A stretch of DNA of 64,000 bases, from positions 20,274,001 to 20,338,000 of the forward strand of contig NW_026889779.1 of NCBI RefSeq assembly GCF_033153115.1, written 5' to 3'. Position 1 is the stretch's first letter. Each line of letters opens with the position of its first letter. Origin of the DNA: Saccostrea echinata. Taxonomy: Eukaryota. Of the stretch, positions 36,801-48,921 are shown piece after piece. The notes beneath the pieces are model-generated. The model had not been told where the DNA came from and ran no database searches. It saw only the letters and a program-made list of their open reading frames with translations. The position numbers and the translations under genes were made by a program.

Positions 36801-39800
36801 TTTGTAAGGAATTGATTTCTTCAGTTTCCATCGTTTACATGTATACATGTACGTGTTATATGTTAAATTTTGTGGTCTTGCAGTAAACTTATACTAGTAA
36901 GATTTCAATATTCGTGTATTTCAGAATTTTACTTATCAGACATACAGTACATAGCCATAAAATTCCCCATTAACACAAGGACTTCAATATATTATTGATG
37001 ATAATTAGTGTTACAAAAATATTATGATAAAAAATTACTTAAACAACATTATATTTAAAGACTTATTTGTTTGATTTTGTTTATGTTTATATTGTACAAT
37101 TTAGAGCATGTTTTATTACATGTACATGCTAACTTCTGTCAGTTAAAAACTTAATTTATGACATACCACAGAAAAAATGAAGATGAAATTAGATATTGAT
37201 TCATATATTTTGTAATATAAAAGATGAGGCTTGTTATAACAAAGTGAATTTACAGGTTCAAGAGTTAACCTGTGTGCTCTCAAAGGTAGGCCGAGACACT
37301 TTCTCTGTATGTTCAAAGTCGCCTATCTGACCAATTATTTTGTAAAAGCATTTCTTCTTTGTAATTTTACTGATCTATATAGATAAATTAAGAGCTTATT
37401 TAGATTTTGCACATATACAGTGTACCTGTGTTTACCCACAATTTTCTATTATTTAATTATTATTGAATATAAGTATCATTTATTGACAATCCTTAATAAT
37501 TCTAGAGAAAAATTAGTATGCACAAAATTTAAATACATGTATCACAATTTTCTTTTATTAATACACAACTAATACCTCAAAATATAAGCATATAAAATGC
37601 ATGATTTTGGAATGTTTTGTTTTCAAATTATATATTGAAATGGAGAAACTTCGAAAAAAATTCAGTTTTTAAAATAAAATTGTTTAATATCCTAAATTAT
37701 TCTTATAAGCAAAAATACATATGAGGAGTTATCAAAAAGTTTGTGGACTGATGCAATAAATTCAGTACTTTGTAGGCTGTACTTAAAAAAATTATAAGGA
37801 AAGTTTAAGACATGTTGATAGTTTTAGCTTGATATGTTGACAATTTGCCAGTTTATCATTAAATACAAAAGACATTGTATGATCACCTGGTACTATTGCA
37901 GTTGAGTTTAATGATGTTTGAAAACGTCATTGCTTCACAATGTCCACTCCATGAAGTTAAATACTGACTGAAACCCATCTTGTTTATTACATTTTAAAAT
38001 TTCATGAACAGCTGATTTCAAAACACAGTACATGTATTGGAAAAGGATCTACAAAAAAGATAAAAATCTTCACTTGACTTTGGCAGCTAAATCTGCTTGT
38101 CAGATATCAATTTCTACAGCACACAAGTAATGTTACTTTTAACTTTGGACACCTGGACAGCAAATCAGCATTAAATGTATCTGTCCTCTCTCTGAATCTG
38201 AATTGCCATTTAATAATAGGTAATCTGGACTTATTTTGTCTCACTCCGGCCTGTTCAAACATTTCATAGTCTATGCAAGTTTTTCTGCATGTGAAACTAT
38301 AAAGTGCAACAAAAAGACCCCCCCCCCCCTTTTCTTAATATATTTTCAGCACTCTGAATTGAAATTATGATAAGATCTCATAAATTTTATAGAACAATTG
38401 TGTCTCATCACACATATGTCAATTAACATGAAAATAAGATTACAAATGCTCATGTGAAAAGCCCTGTCACCATTGGTACGTCATATTTTGAGGTTGTGCC
38501 ACATGGTCATACCTTTGCTTAGGAAAACATTGACAATTTATTCAGAGATAAGCTGTATGTCTTTCAGTTTATTCTGTAAATGGAAAAGATGTTGACTTGT
38601 TTAAAAAATGTGTAAAAATTCATTGACATACCTTAAGTAGTTTTAATTTTATTGCACTAGTCCATTAATTTTTTTGATAACCCCTCATATAATGAACATC
38701 CATGTAAACTAAACAATGTCCTAAGTAATTAGTTGTCAACAGACACCAGGCTTTTTGTGTGATACCAAGGTTGATTGTGTATGACATCTGGGTAGGAGCT
38801 GGGGTGGTGTGTAGATGCCATTCTTCATATAGGAATGATCTGGCACAGATACATAAGTTATCCTATAGTTAACTTCCGTTTGTATAAAAAGATTAAAGCT
38901 ATAATGAGTCCCCCCTTGAGTTAATTATCTGGCTTGCTGTAGAAGGTGCAGAACTTTATCTGTCACATTAAGATTAATTACGGGTAACACCTTCTGCACG
39001 TCACGGTCCTTTGGTCTTGTCAGGTTGATGTTATTTACTGAAGGCTAGCATCTTTTAAAAGGCATTCTTTATTCTGTTTCAAATGCACATTAAATTGAAT
39101 TTTAATTTAAAGGAAAAAAAATAATGAGATATGGTTTCTTTTTTTATTCCCAAGGATACTGTTAATTTTTTTTTTTACATAGTTGGATAAAACATTATTC
39201 TGTCAATTAGGAAATATATTTAGATTTAATAATAATAGTAGTTGTTTCATATTCTTCATATATTTTGAATTTCCATTTTGAATTTTTCTTTATCAAGTTA
39301 CCATATTCTAATCCCTTTACCCCCTCCCTCCCAAAGATACATATCCCTCTGGGGGGACCTTTGCTGATTGGCCAATTTTCTAGTTCTAGCCCAATCTGCA
39401 TACTGATTCTTCATTGCTATTGCCATCTAAATTAAATGTAAGTTCATGACAAATTCGGTAAGCCACAACTAAGTAAGTCGGTTCTTTTGACACAAATTAG
39501 CCATTGAAATTAGCTAAAATTTACTTCCACCAATATGACCAGCTATTATAATATTAAAATCTCTTTTGTACGAAGTCACCAGTCCATATAGTTAGCTCTG
39601 CAAAGTCTGCTTTCATTGGTCAGATAGCTTTTTGTATGGGTATCTATGGTTACTGTGGGTAATGGTGGAATTTGCATGATTACATGTATAATTATTTGGA
39701 TTACGTAGTAAGATTGTTATGCGAAGAACCATTGTAAGTGGAACCCTGCTGATATGGTTGCTTATTCAAGATAGGGCTGTCATTGATTAGAATATCAGTA

Positions 39801-42800
39801 TCAATATTTACCATGGTATGATAAGAAAATACTGATTTTATGCTATTTTCAAAGGATTTGAAGCTAAATTTTATTTCAAATTATATGACTTTCAACAGCT
39901 TAAATTACTTCATACGAAAAATAAGCAGCTTTTCTAAATTATGGACTTAGAGACTATAACTGCCAGTCTGATTACAGTCAAACCTTCACTAGCTCCTTTT
40001 TGTAAAAAAAAGGAGCTAGTGAAGGTTTGAATTTTTTTTTTTCAGACTGTATAACTGCATGCTGTTAACATTAAATGTATAGATTTTAAAAATTAATATA
40101 TAGATTTTAGTGTAACTAAGAGTTATTGTCTTCAGTGGCAAATAAAACTTCTTTAAGGAAGCTCTAGATACTGCTCACTAAAGAGTTCTAATTCCATGGT
40201 AGTTTTACACAGGTATTGTGAAAGTGATCTGCCCTTTGATGTAAGATGAAATAAACTAGAATCTTAAGTAAATGACACAATTTGAAATAGATAAGTATTT
40301 ATTTTTTTTTACATTTCCTTAATGTAAGTAAACAACAGTGACTTTGATCACTATTCATTGTCTTTGAATACTGGTATAATTTTCCTGGAGAAATATGTCG
40401 GGTATCCTATGTTGAAAATGAACAACATAATATGTACGCCTTTATATGAGACAATTTTCTCAAAATTCAAAACATTTTTCATTAGTGTTTAGAGCTTCCT
40501 TAAACATCCAGCTAATTAGGCCACATATACTTCATTTTTAAATGCTTCCTAATTTGCAGAAAAGCAGGGGTTTAATTACATGCATTTAATTTATACACTT
40601 CTAATGCATACATAAGTTCTGGCTTTTAAGGTGTATTGACCCTATTTCTTTTCTAGGTTTCATTTATCTATTTTAAAGCCAACTTTGAAAGGGTTATCAG
40701 GGAACTGGAATCCAGAAATTGACTGTATGTGGCATTGCTATGCAGTTGAACTTCAAAAAAAAATTATACTGATTCGAAAGCAAATGTTTGAATATATGGA
40801 AGCATTTGAATCCATGGTACATTGTATATTGATATCAAACTTTTCAATGATTGCCCTTATTCACAGGATGAAACTCTGTACATGTAATCCGTGTGTGAAC
40901 AGAAGTAACCGGTACTGTATTTAGGATGTTCCATCGTAGATTAGGGGCAGTGGATATTTTGGATATGTAAAACTTATTGCTAAGACTTTCTTAATTTTAA
41001 ACAATCTTTATTTTAAATCTGCTCAGCATGAAATTTAAATGCAATCTCCATTTGAGACAAATACTGAATTTTAACTGAAAAATTGAATGTTGCATGAACA
41101 GATCAGCAGTATTTTTCCAGTATGGAGATATATTTAATGAGATATAATGTTGAATATTTCATGATGAAAGTTCATATGTAGGGTTTTCTGTTCATTATCT
41201 CATCCTAAAACTGGTACTCTACAAAATGTTTACTTTAGTTTCTTGTATAAATTTTTTTATAAAAATTCACAGTATTAATGTACCATTTCAGTATTTTGAT
41301 CAATATAATCAACTACTATTTCCTCTTTGTAAGAGTTTTTAAAATATGTTAAGCACTTTAATTGATGCATTCCATACTGTATGTAGTGTATAAATAGATT
41401 TTTTGAATATAGTTTTGCACATTTTTGATAATTTAATTTTGTGGCAAACAAATCTAAAATAACTAACTTAAGGTAAAAACCAAAATTAATATAGTCAATT
41501 GTTTGAATATCATCTAAAACATATTTTGTCATACATTATACCATATACATATATCATATTGTATTTGAAATCATCTGATCCTTTTGTAAGGCTTTTTTTC
41601 CCTAAAATTTGCACATTTCAGCAACACTAACTCACAAGTATGTCCATGTTGATGTTGATTCCAATAATAAGAGTGACCGCCCAGAGTGGGCGTCGGCCAA
41701 ATACCATGCTTACTACAGCCCCAATGCTGCATTTGAAATACAGCTCCAGTGGATGGTTGCCACAGGTCCCATTCTTGGAGATTTGGTAAAATATTTATGA
41801 AATATTATGGTTAGTCACTAATGGTGCAAAACTCCAAACTATATGCTTGAATCTAAATAGCAGATGTAGTAAGTTTTTTGATATACATGTAATTAGTAAA
41901 ATCAATTATTAAGGTTGAATTTAATTAAAGATTTAAGCATTAAACTGAATATAGGATTTTCCATGCAAGTAATTGAAAATGTTAACATCTTGCTATTATT
42001 GTAAAAGAAAAGCTATTAATTAATGCTGAAAGAGTCCACTGTACAAACCTACTAACAGGTGACAACTTGGGGGCGCAAGGCCCAAGCCTGTGGATTTCAC
42101 CTTCTTCCTGTCCCAGGGGACCCTTTTGCCCTGCCTTCTGCCCCAGACTCTGACCCATTGAGAGGACCCATTTTTATTCCACTGGACATTGCTAGTCTAG
42201 CACAGGGAGGAAAAGCAATATTTCATGGTGAGTGGGCCTCATTGATGAGTTAACTGACTAGTACATTCATATGTACAAATATTCATAGACTCACCGTTAG
42301 TAAATTTCTGTATTACTTTTTCAAGAAGACAAATTCATGCTTCTTTTCAGATTTGGACCCAGATGCTAAATCAAAGAAACTGTTACATTTTCAAGATGAA
42401 ATCATTAAGAGGTACATATTCTTTGCTTACATCTTAAGCTTTTCATTCACACAATTCGGGAAAGATAATTTCTAGAATTCCTATTTATTTTACACATCCT
42501 TAGATAAGAATAAACAACCATATAAATCTTGAATATACAGGTAATTTTAATTTGGATAACCTGTAATTACATGTAGATAACTGTGCTTTCTGGTGTTAAG
42601 ATTTTGCTTTTGTGATTTTAGGTATAGTTTTGTTTTTGTCATTTTAGGTATTGTTTTGTTTTTGTTGTTTTAGGTATGGTTTTTGTCATTTTAGGTATGG
42701 TTTTGTTTTTGTCATTTTAGGTATGGTTTTGTTTTTGTTGTTTTAGGTATGGTTTTTGTCATTTTAGGTATGATTTGTTTTTGTTGTTTTAGGTATGGTT

Positions 42801-43266
42801 TTGTTTTGTTGTTTTAGGTATGGTTTTGTTTTGTCGTTTTAGGTATGGTTTCATGCCAATCAATGTCTGTGTATCCCAGACTCATCATCACTACATGACA
42901 GATGAACAGCAGCAGTATGTACACTGTACAGGCGGCATGTTTATCCTTATAGAGAGCAGTCAGATTGTAACACCCAAAGAAAAGAAAACAACAACCAGTA
43001 GATTCAGTAAAAAATCTGCTGGAGAGCTTCGCAAAGACTATATAGCTCGACAGAACAGCAGCTCCTCAGCTGCTGAAGTCGTGACGCAAAATAAAATTGG
43101 ATTCTTGTGGTCCTGGAATTTTATGTCATCAAAGAGATGGCGATCTCCAAACACAGGAGACGAATCCTTCCAGGACAAAATGTTGGCAGATTTTCGTGAG
43201 TTCTGTTCAAACGAAAATAATAGGCTGACAGAGTTTTGGAATGATTTCAAGATGTCTTCTTTGTAG
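15808..43266 (+). CDS. DEPDC5: GATOR1 complex protein DEPDC5/IML1; ~37 exons, ~1563 aa
   Basis: Frame-consistent GT-AG exons: 15808-15868 (or 15862), 15985-16072, 17140-17189, 17405-17490, 17643-17776, 18048-18117, 18688-18831, 18949-19018, 19725-19797, 19946-20133, 20361-20495, 20922-20983, 21064-21137, 21659-21737, 22872-22902, 23207-23333, 23511-23731, 23964-24182, 24903-25003, 25740-25819, 25989-26254, [29758-29859], 31071-31215, 31498-31714, 31997-32082, 32327-32501, 32597-32679, 34648-34765, 34877-34935, 35117-35188, 35377-35509, 35842-35953, 36267-36479, 41622-41785, 42059-42227, 42351-42411, 42843-43266. Motifs [62 protein letters not shown] and a DEP domain. Confidence 0.95.
18265..18394. 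mobile_element. Palindromic element, ~60-bp inverted arms, in a DEPDC5 intron
   Basis: gttatccaggtccagtcaagggtgtatggggatttacc... versus ...ggtaaatccccatacacccttgattggacctggataac. Confidence 0.85.
18808..18876 (+). repeat. Perfect 33-bp tandem duplication of a DEPDC5 exon end plus donor
   Basis: actgacctgtttgccaaatggaag|gtaaaatat twice. Confidence 0.97.
19128..19592. mobile_element. Non-autonomous CAGG-terminal DNA transposon
   Basis: caggcgtgtgcaattac ... gtaattgcacacccctg; 5-bp TSD GTTAC; GGGCTA subterminal repeats. Confidence 0.85.
21836..22761. mobile_element. Non-autonomous Kolobok-like element
   Basis: TTAA|gatatgtcactcgt ... acgagtgacatacc|TTAA. Confidence 0.8.
22872..22902 (+). CDS. 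DEPDC5: DEPDC5 31-nt micro-exon ([10 protein letters not shown])
   Basis: aag|TATGAA...AGAA|gtaagc; needed to bridge a phase-0 exon end (21737) to a phase-1 exon start (23207). Confidence 0.75.
27596..27783. mobile_element. MITE with CAGTGTTTTCCC TIRs
   Basis: 12-bp perfect TIR; 5-bp TSD GAACT. Confidence 0.82.
29046..29607. mobile_element. PIF/Harbinger-like non-autonomous element with nested MITE (~29122-29348)
   Basis: 16-bp TIR ggccattccaagattt / aaatcttggaatggcc; TAA on the left flank. Confidence 0.65.
29758..29859 (+). CDS. DEPDC5: Candidate DEPDC5 symmetric cassette exon (34 aa)
   Basis: atttcag|GCCAGG...ATAA|gtatga; 102 nt, phase 1-1, open in the DEPDC5 frame: [34 protein letters not shown]. 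Confidence 0.7.
37722..38687. mobile_element. Non-autonomous Tc1/mariner element
   Basis: TA|tgaggagttatcaaaaag...tgcaataaa and tttattgca...ttttgataacccctca|TA, ~40-bp imperfect TIRs. Confidence 0.75.
39975..40049. mobile_element. Minimal palindromic MITE (pogo/Tc1-like CAGTCAAACC end)
   Basis: 24-bp perfect inverted repeat tcaaaccttcactagctccttttt / aaaaaggagctagtgaaggtttga; TA flanks. Confidence 0.65.
42597..42850 (+). repeat. 21-26-bp minisatellite made of copies of the DEPDC5 terminal-exon acceptor
   Basis: Ten ttttAG|GTAT units ending at 42621, 42647, 42673, 42694, 42720, 42746, 42767, 42792, 42817 and 42842. Confidence 0.95.
42843..43266 (+). CDS. DEPDC5: DEPDC5 terminal exon
   Basis: YGFMP...[11 protein letters not shown]...[36 protein letters not shown] then TAG; AATAAA near 43347. 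Confidence 0.93.
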
Positions 43267-43799
43267 ATAATGTTAATGACATTGATTGGGCATTGATGCA
43301 ATATTGAGAAAAACGTCACTGTTGATGAATGATATATTACTTTTTAAATAAATTGTTACAAAGCTTATAAATGTGTATACCGTTTGATGATTTAAATGTG
43401 ACTAGAGATGTAATGCACTTATATGTAAGGGCTAAGGTGAACTTTCACTGGAATTACATGTACTTATACCAGTTAGGATGAAGAGGGATCAGTTGAAACA
43501 TTTTTATCTTATTTGAGATGATATGCTTCATTTGAGACTAAAATTGAATTCAAAAATATTCAGTACACCTGACTATACACTATACAGTGTACAAACTTTC
43601 GATAAATTCTTTCCAGTGCACAGATTTGTCAATCTAATTAAAATTATATGTTAGATCCGCTCATTTGCTCTGTTGTGTAGCAAGTATGCAAGTGGATCTA
43701 ACATTAATTTTAATTAGATGCACAGATTTGTACACTTGATTAATTGATACAGAATGAGGTACTTTTTTATTCAATAGATAAATCAAGTGGGACATATAC

Positions 43800-44470
43800 T
43801 TTTTAGTTTGGTTCCACTTAAGGGGAGATGAGGTCACAAGGTAAAGGGTCAAGGGTAAAATTAGAAACATCAAGCTTTGCACTCTGGTTCCCCCTATGAA
43901 GTTGAGGTAAAAAAGATCAAAAGTCATGGGTCAAACTACTCTAGACAAAGGAAGATACTGTGAAATCACATATTTTCATGGGATCAAATTTTCATGGTTT
44001 GAGGAAAAAATATGGGCTGGTGGAGATTTGATTTCGTGAATGAAGAATATATGTGAAAAATTACATTTCGTGGTGGACAAATTCATGGGTCTTTTCATAC
44101 CTCAAAAACAACGCAAATTAAACCCCCAGGAAAATTAATGATTTCAGAGTATAGTCCATACAATATCATGAGAATCCTTTGCCTGACAGACATCAAACCT
44201 GGTACAATGGTTCCCCTTAAGAAGTAGTACCCTTATTGATTTTGAGGTCACAAGGTCAAGTGTTAAACTGGACATAGGAAGATATTGACCATTCAATATC
44301 TTGAAACTCAATACACTGTTTTCCCCTAGGGAGTTGATGAACCCTGTTGATTTTGCTGTCACAAGGTCGAGGGTCAAACAACACAGAAATTAGACATAGG
44401 AAGATATTGTCAGCTCAGTTTCTTGAGAACCATTTGCTTTATACAATCTCAAAATTGATGCAAACACCAG
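43800..44470 (+). repeat. Fragment of the ~125-bp-unit repeat family also at 60440-61750, with nested MITE (~43957-44150)
   Basis: Shared motifs ggtcaagggt, catcaaac.tggtaca and gacataggaagatattg. Confidence 0.65.
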
Positions 44471-44748
44471 GTACCCTCTCAGAAATACTGTATGTGTACA
44501 TAAATTGGCATATTCAAAAATTAGCACAATCACTGGGTATGGAGAAATCATGAATTAGTGCTATTGATACATGTCCATGCCCTATATTGTATTTATAAAT
44601 GATTTCTTAGCAGTATTCAAAAATTAGAGCATCGTTGTCTGCACCAAAGCTTCAAAGAGTTGAAGTACAAGGAGAGAAAGAAAAACATTTCAATTGACGA
44701 TGCATGTGAGGTTGCTGAATTTTCAAACATGCCCTTCAGATAGGCCAT

Positions 44749-45171
44749 TTTTAGCTCTATTGGTCAGAGATCAGAAGAGCTTATGCAATAGTAAGGTGTA
44801 TATCAACTGTCCGTCTGTCTGTCTAGCTGTCCATCTGTCTGTCTGTAAACAATTTTTCAAAATGCTACTTCTCCTACAGTTTTGGTCTGATTTCAATATA
44901 ACTTGGCACACAAGTAGACTACACTAAGATACATACCAGTAGTTCTGTGTAGCGTTTTTGATTTTGGTGAACTGTGTTGCCATGGTTACTAAAAAGAGCT
45001 CCTACAGTTTTGGTCCAATTTCAATATTAACTTGGCACAAAAAGAGACTAAACCAAGGATCATTATTCTATTTATTGCTGCTGCAAAATTTCAAGTCGAA
45101 ATACCACTTTCCTCTTCCTCTGTTATAAATACAAACCAGTGGAGCTACAGTCTCGTCAGAGACTTCTGCTT
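44749..45171 (+). mobile_element. Short HINE-like element
   Basis: tttagctctattggtc...gagcttatg 5' end, (TCTG)n tract, ccagtggagcta plus agtctc/gagact 3' hairpin. Confidence 0.6.
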
Positions 45172-45445
45172 AATCCCTTCCCTAATAACTTCATATAGCA
45201 AAATTTTTAGAGAGCAACAATTAGAAACATGGTCAAATGGGTCAAAAGGGGAAAAAAAACACGTCCACAGTCAAATGTTCAGAAAGTTGTTTTAATTTAT
45301 GCATTGAAAATTGGAAGAACTTGAAAGTTTTCAGTAACAAATGAGGCAAAGAATATATTTTTGTGAGGCTGGGTTAAAACAGTCGTATTTTTAGAGGTAA
45401 TTTTACTGAAAAGTCTCTGTATAATTTATTTTTATTGTAATATGC

Positions 45446-45550
45446 TATCGATAATACCAATGTTCCGAATAATTTATTGTACGAATTAACAGCTGTCCAA
45501 AGCACATGACGTCATTTCCGGCAAGGTCCCAGAATGATCAAGATGGAGAA
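45446..45550 (+). promoter_or_regulatory. Probable DGCR8 promoter (housekeeping motif cluster)
   Basis: TATCGATA (DRE) 45446-45453, TGACGTCA (CRE) 45507-45514 abutting TTTCCGG (ETS) 45515-45521, AAGATGG (YY1-like) at 45540; lies between the DEPDC5 3' end and the DGCR8 CDS. Confidence 0.55.
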
Positions 45551-46129
45551 CAAGAAAATATTATGATAATGTATATTTGAGTGTATATTTACCTTTGTCA
45601 TATGTATTTTAACAATTTGAGCATTGTTATGTAAACGGTTAAAAATCGAATTCGTATTTATGAAACTGAGGATAAAGGAGTTAACCAGTAGATGAACAAG
45701 GAGCACATGGTTGTTGAGGTCACAAAAAAAATAGGGTTTGCTCGTGATGGGGGAAGTTGCATACCTCTGATAATTTTACTTGTAGTAGGCATTTTTCAAG
45801 TCTTTAATACCCAAATTCTAGGATGTGGAGTGTAACTCGCACATGTATAGTTTGTGCAGCTTTAACAAAAAGTTATTTTCCGGATTTTTTTTTACACTTA
45901 TTGCTAAAAAATGAAAACGGATGACCAGGGTGATATCTTTCATTTTAATGTATGGCAGCATGAAAATAATAAACTGAAGTACTGACTGTACTCATCACCA
46001 ACACCAACCAATTTTAAAATACTACCAGCCAGTTTGGCTGAGAATTTACATTCAGTCAAGGGCTAGACAAAGAACAAGAGAGAAAAATTTCTTTGATATC
46101 TAATATTTCATCTTCAGAAAGGTGCTTTC

Positions 46130-46560
46130 TTATTATATCCCCTGCAAACGAAGTTTAGGGGGGGGGGGTATATTGGAATCACCATGTCCATCTGTCTGTC
46201 TGTAGACAAGATTTTTATCCAGAGCGTTTCTCGGAAACTACATGTATTGCATAGATTTGTCTAAAAATTTGTACACTTATTATTCACCATATGAAGGTGT
46301 GCACCTGGTATTTTCATCATGATTGAATAATTTTTCTGCATTTTACAGGTGTTTTTTTTTTTCATTTTTATTATGTGGTTTTGTCCTGACCTTTTCTCAA
46401 AGACTATTTCATAGAATTGTATGAAAATTGTACACTCATTATTTACCATATGAAGATGTGCACCTAGTATTTTCAACATTATTTGATAATTTTTCTGCAT
46501 TTTACAGGTGGTTTTTTTTTCATTTTTATTGACTTAGTCATTTTGGGTTTATTTCTAAGG
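46130..46560 (+). mobile_element. Truncated HINE-like element with a two-unit internal duplication
   Basis: ttattatatccctgcaaacgaagtttagggg 5' end, (TCTG)n, duplicated accatatgaag.tgtgcacc units. Confidence 0.55.
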
Positions 46561-47478
46561 TTTGAGACATAGAATCTAGAACATCTGTACAAAAATGTGA
46601 ACTACAGCTTAAAACTACTCATTAGAACTAGAAAAAAAATCACAAAGTATTAAAAACAGTATTTACATTACACAGCAGATAGTGTAAATCCATTTGTCCC
46701 TTGGGAGTAATGAGTGGACATGCATCCAGTTAAAGATTAATTAATGAGTTCATTGTGGGAAGCGGTTAGGGCATCTCTGATCAAGCAGGTCTTATCTATA
46801 TCTCCTGGGAATTGGGCAAAAAGAAATAAAGATCTCTGTTGTCTAAGTCTCTTAATTGTGATACAATGTATATGTCTGTCAAAATACTAGTTACTGGAAC
46901 CAGCCTTTTATTTTTAAAATGAGTTTGATATAAAGGTATTAAGATCAATTTGATTTTGTATAATTAATTATGATATTTTTTTTCAACAATCAATTTGCAG
47001 AGTTTCATGTCTCACAAAGATGACAGATAGTTGCAAACTATTTTTTCAATGTAATAAAAAACACTGTTATTATTAGTATTGATGTTTTATTTGGCTGCAC
47101 CATAGTTTCATTCATTAAAAAAAATATAATGAGTAATTAAATTTTCACTCTAAATGTTTAAGCAAATTGTGAACACCTCACATCTAGAAAACATTAGTGA
47201 TTTGGTACCTTCTCTGAAAAACCCATTGGGGGGTATTTGTCCCTTTGGACAGTTCTAGTTTGCAATAACAGCCAGTTTTGCAGAGAATCTATGCTTAGTC
47301 ATAATTTCAAGGCTAGGCTAAGCAAAGAACAAGAGAAAAAAAATTGTTAAAACAAACCATTTCAACATCACAGAGTTGCTTTCTTTTTTTTTTTTACGCC
47401 TAAGAAATGGTGCGGTTAGAAAACATTTTTTTTTTCTGTTTCTTCAAAAGATTGTTCTGATAGCTTTAAAACAGTTAA

Positions 47479-48031
47479 AGGGACATGGAAACAGATTCGG
47501 AGTTTATATCCTTCAAATTTTTTTATAGAATTTCATGACCTACATGTTGAAAGAGTGTTTCAAACCGATTTATCAAAAAAGCATGTTAAGTAAATTCATC
47601 TGAAAATTGTCAAAATTATAAATAGAGGATATGCTTGATTGGCATGCATCTTTGCACTTTCTTGAACTGAAATTTATCCATGGTAGCTAAGAAAAGGCAG
47701 AAATATGTGGTGTATTTATAAATGATATTTATGATAAAAAACAAAGCAGAAATTTAAGAAAGCAAAACCAACACACCTGTGTTGTCCGATTATGTTCAGT
47801 GATGCGTGCAGTTTTGGCAAATCCAACACACATGGTAAAACGTAAAGAAAAACAATAACGGAGTTTACAAACTCAGGTGTTTGTTGTAAGATTTTAAAGA
47901 ATGCCATTTGTCATTAATTATTAAGGATTTTCATGTAAGTTCAATGAATTAAACTGAAGCTATTTTTTAGATAAATTGAGAAACCCAACATTTAAGTAAA
48001 CAAACTGGTATGCAAGTGTTTCTAGGCACCT
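47479..48031. mobile_element. Degenerate Kolobok-like element
   Basis: TTAA|agggacatggaaac ... gtttctaggcacct|TTAA. Confidence 0.55.
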
Positions 48032-48921
48032 TTAACAAAAGAACTGGATAAAAACATGCAATTTCCCACATTAAAACATGAAGATACAATTTACCTTTAA
48101 TAGGCAGAAAATGATTCGTAAGTGAAATTAATAACTTTATTTCAGTATTGTGTACAGTTGTGGAAATGGGAAATTGTCTCTACCAGTTTGTCTAGAGGAA
48201 TTGTGCCATAAAAGACAGATGTACACCAGTGCAAGTTGATGTCATGAACTTTCATATTACAAATTTTGAGTATGAACTGGATTCCCCATTTCCCAAATTA
48301 AAAATTAAATATAGTACATGTAATTATGAAAAGGCATTCTATAAAAAAAAAGTTAAATACATGTGTTACCTGTACACATGCATTAGGTTTAAATGAAGTA
48401 TTTTCATAGTAAGTTTTAGTTTACTGTTGGGTGCAAGTTTAAAACTAGAACTGGATAATTTAAAAAAAAAATACGAAAGTTTATCACATCAGTTCTATCA
48501 AGCTTGCCTTCAAAGTTTTTTTTTTAATATTTTATTTTTTTAGGTCATAATTCACCTATATACTGGTTCAATTTTAGGAAAACAGATGCCTGTTTAAGAA
48601 TTCATGAAGTTGTATGGTGCAGGTAATTGTCTAATACCAAAAATCAAAATGTCAAAGAATGGTTAAAAAGTTGTATATTCTTGTGTATCATTCTTACATT
48701 TGTGTCTTCATTCATTATCTGTAGATAAATGAGGAAACTAGTATTTTGTATAAAAATTATATGCTTCAAAAATGTATTCATACATGTTATGTTGGAAATT
48801 ATAATTTCTTATTCCTTTTCAAAGTCTAGTTTTATTATTCATCGACACATGAATTTTTTTAGAGCTGAGTAAATTGGTTCAGTAAGTCTTAGCATTTCAT
48901 CTTTCATTCATTTCAAATATC

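Noticed and set aside
38938-38998. 11-bp stem tgtagaaggtg/caccttctgca
   Set aside because: Large unpaired interior, and no miRNA or H/ACA hallmarks.
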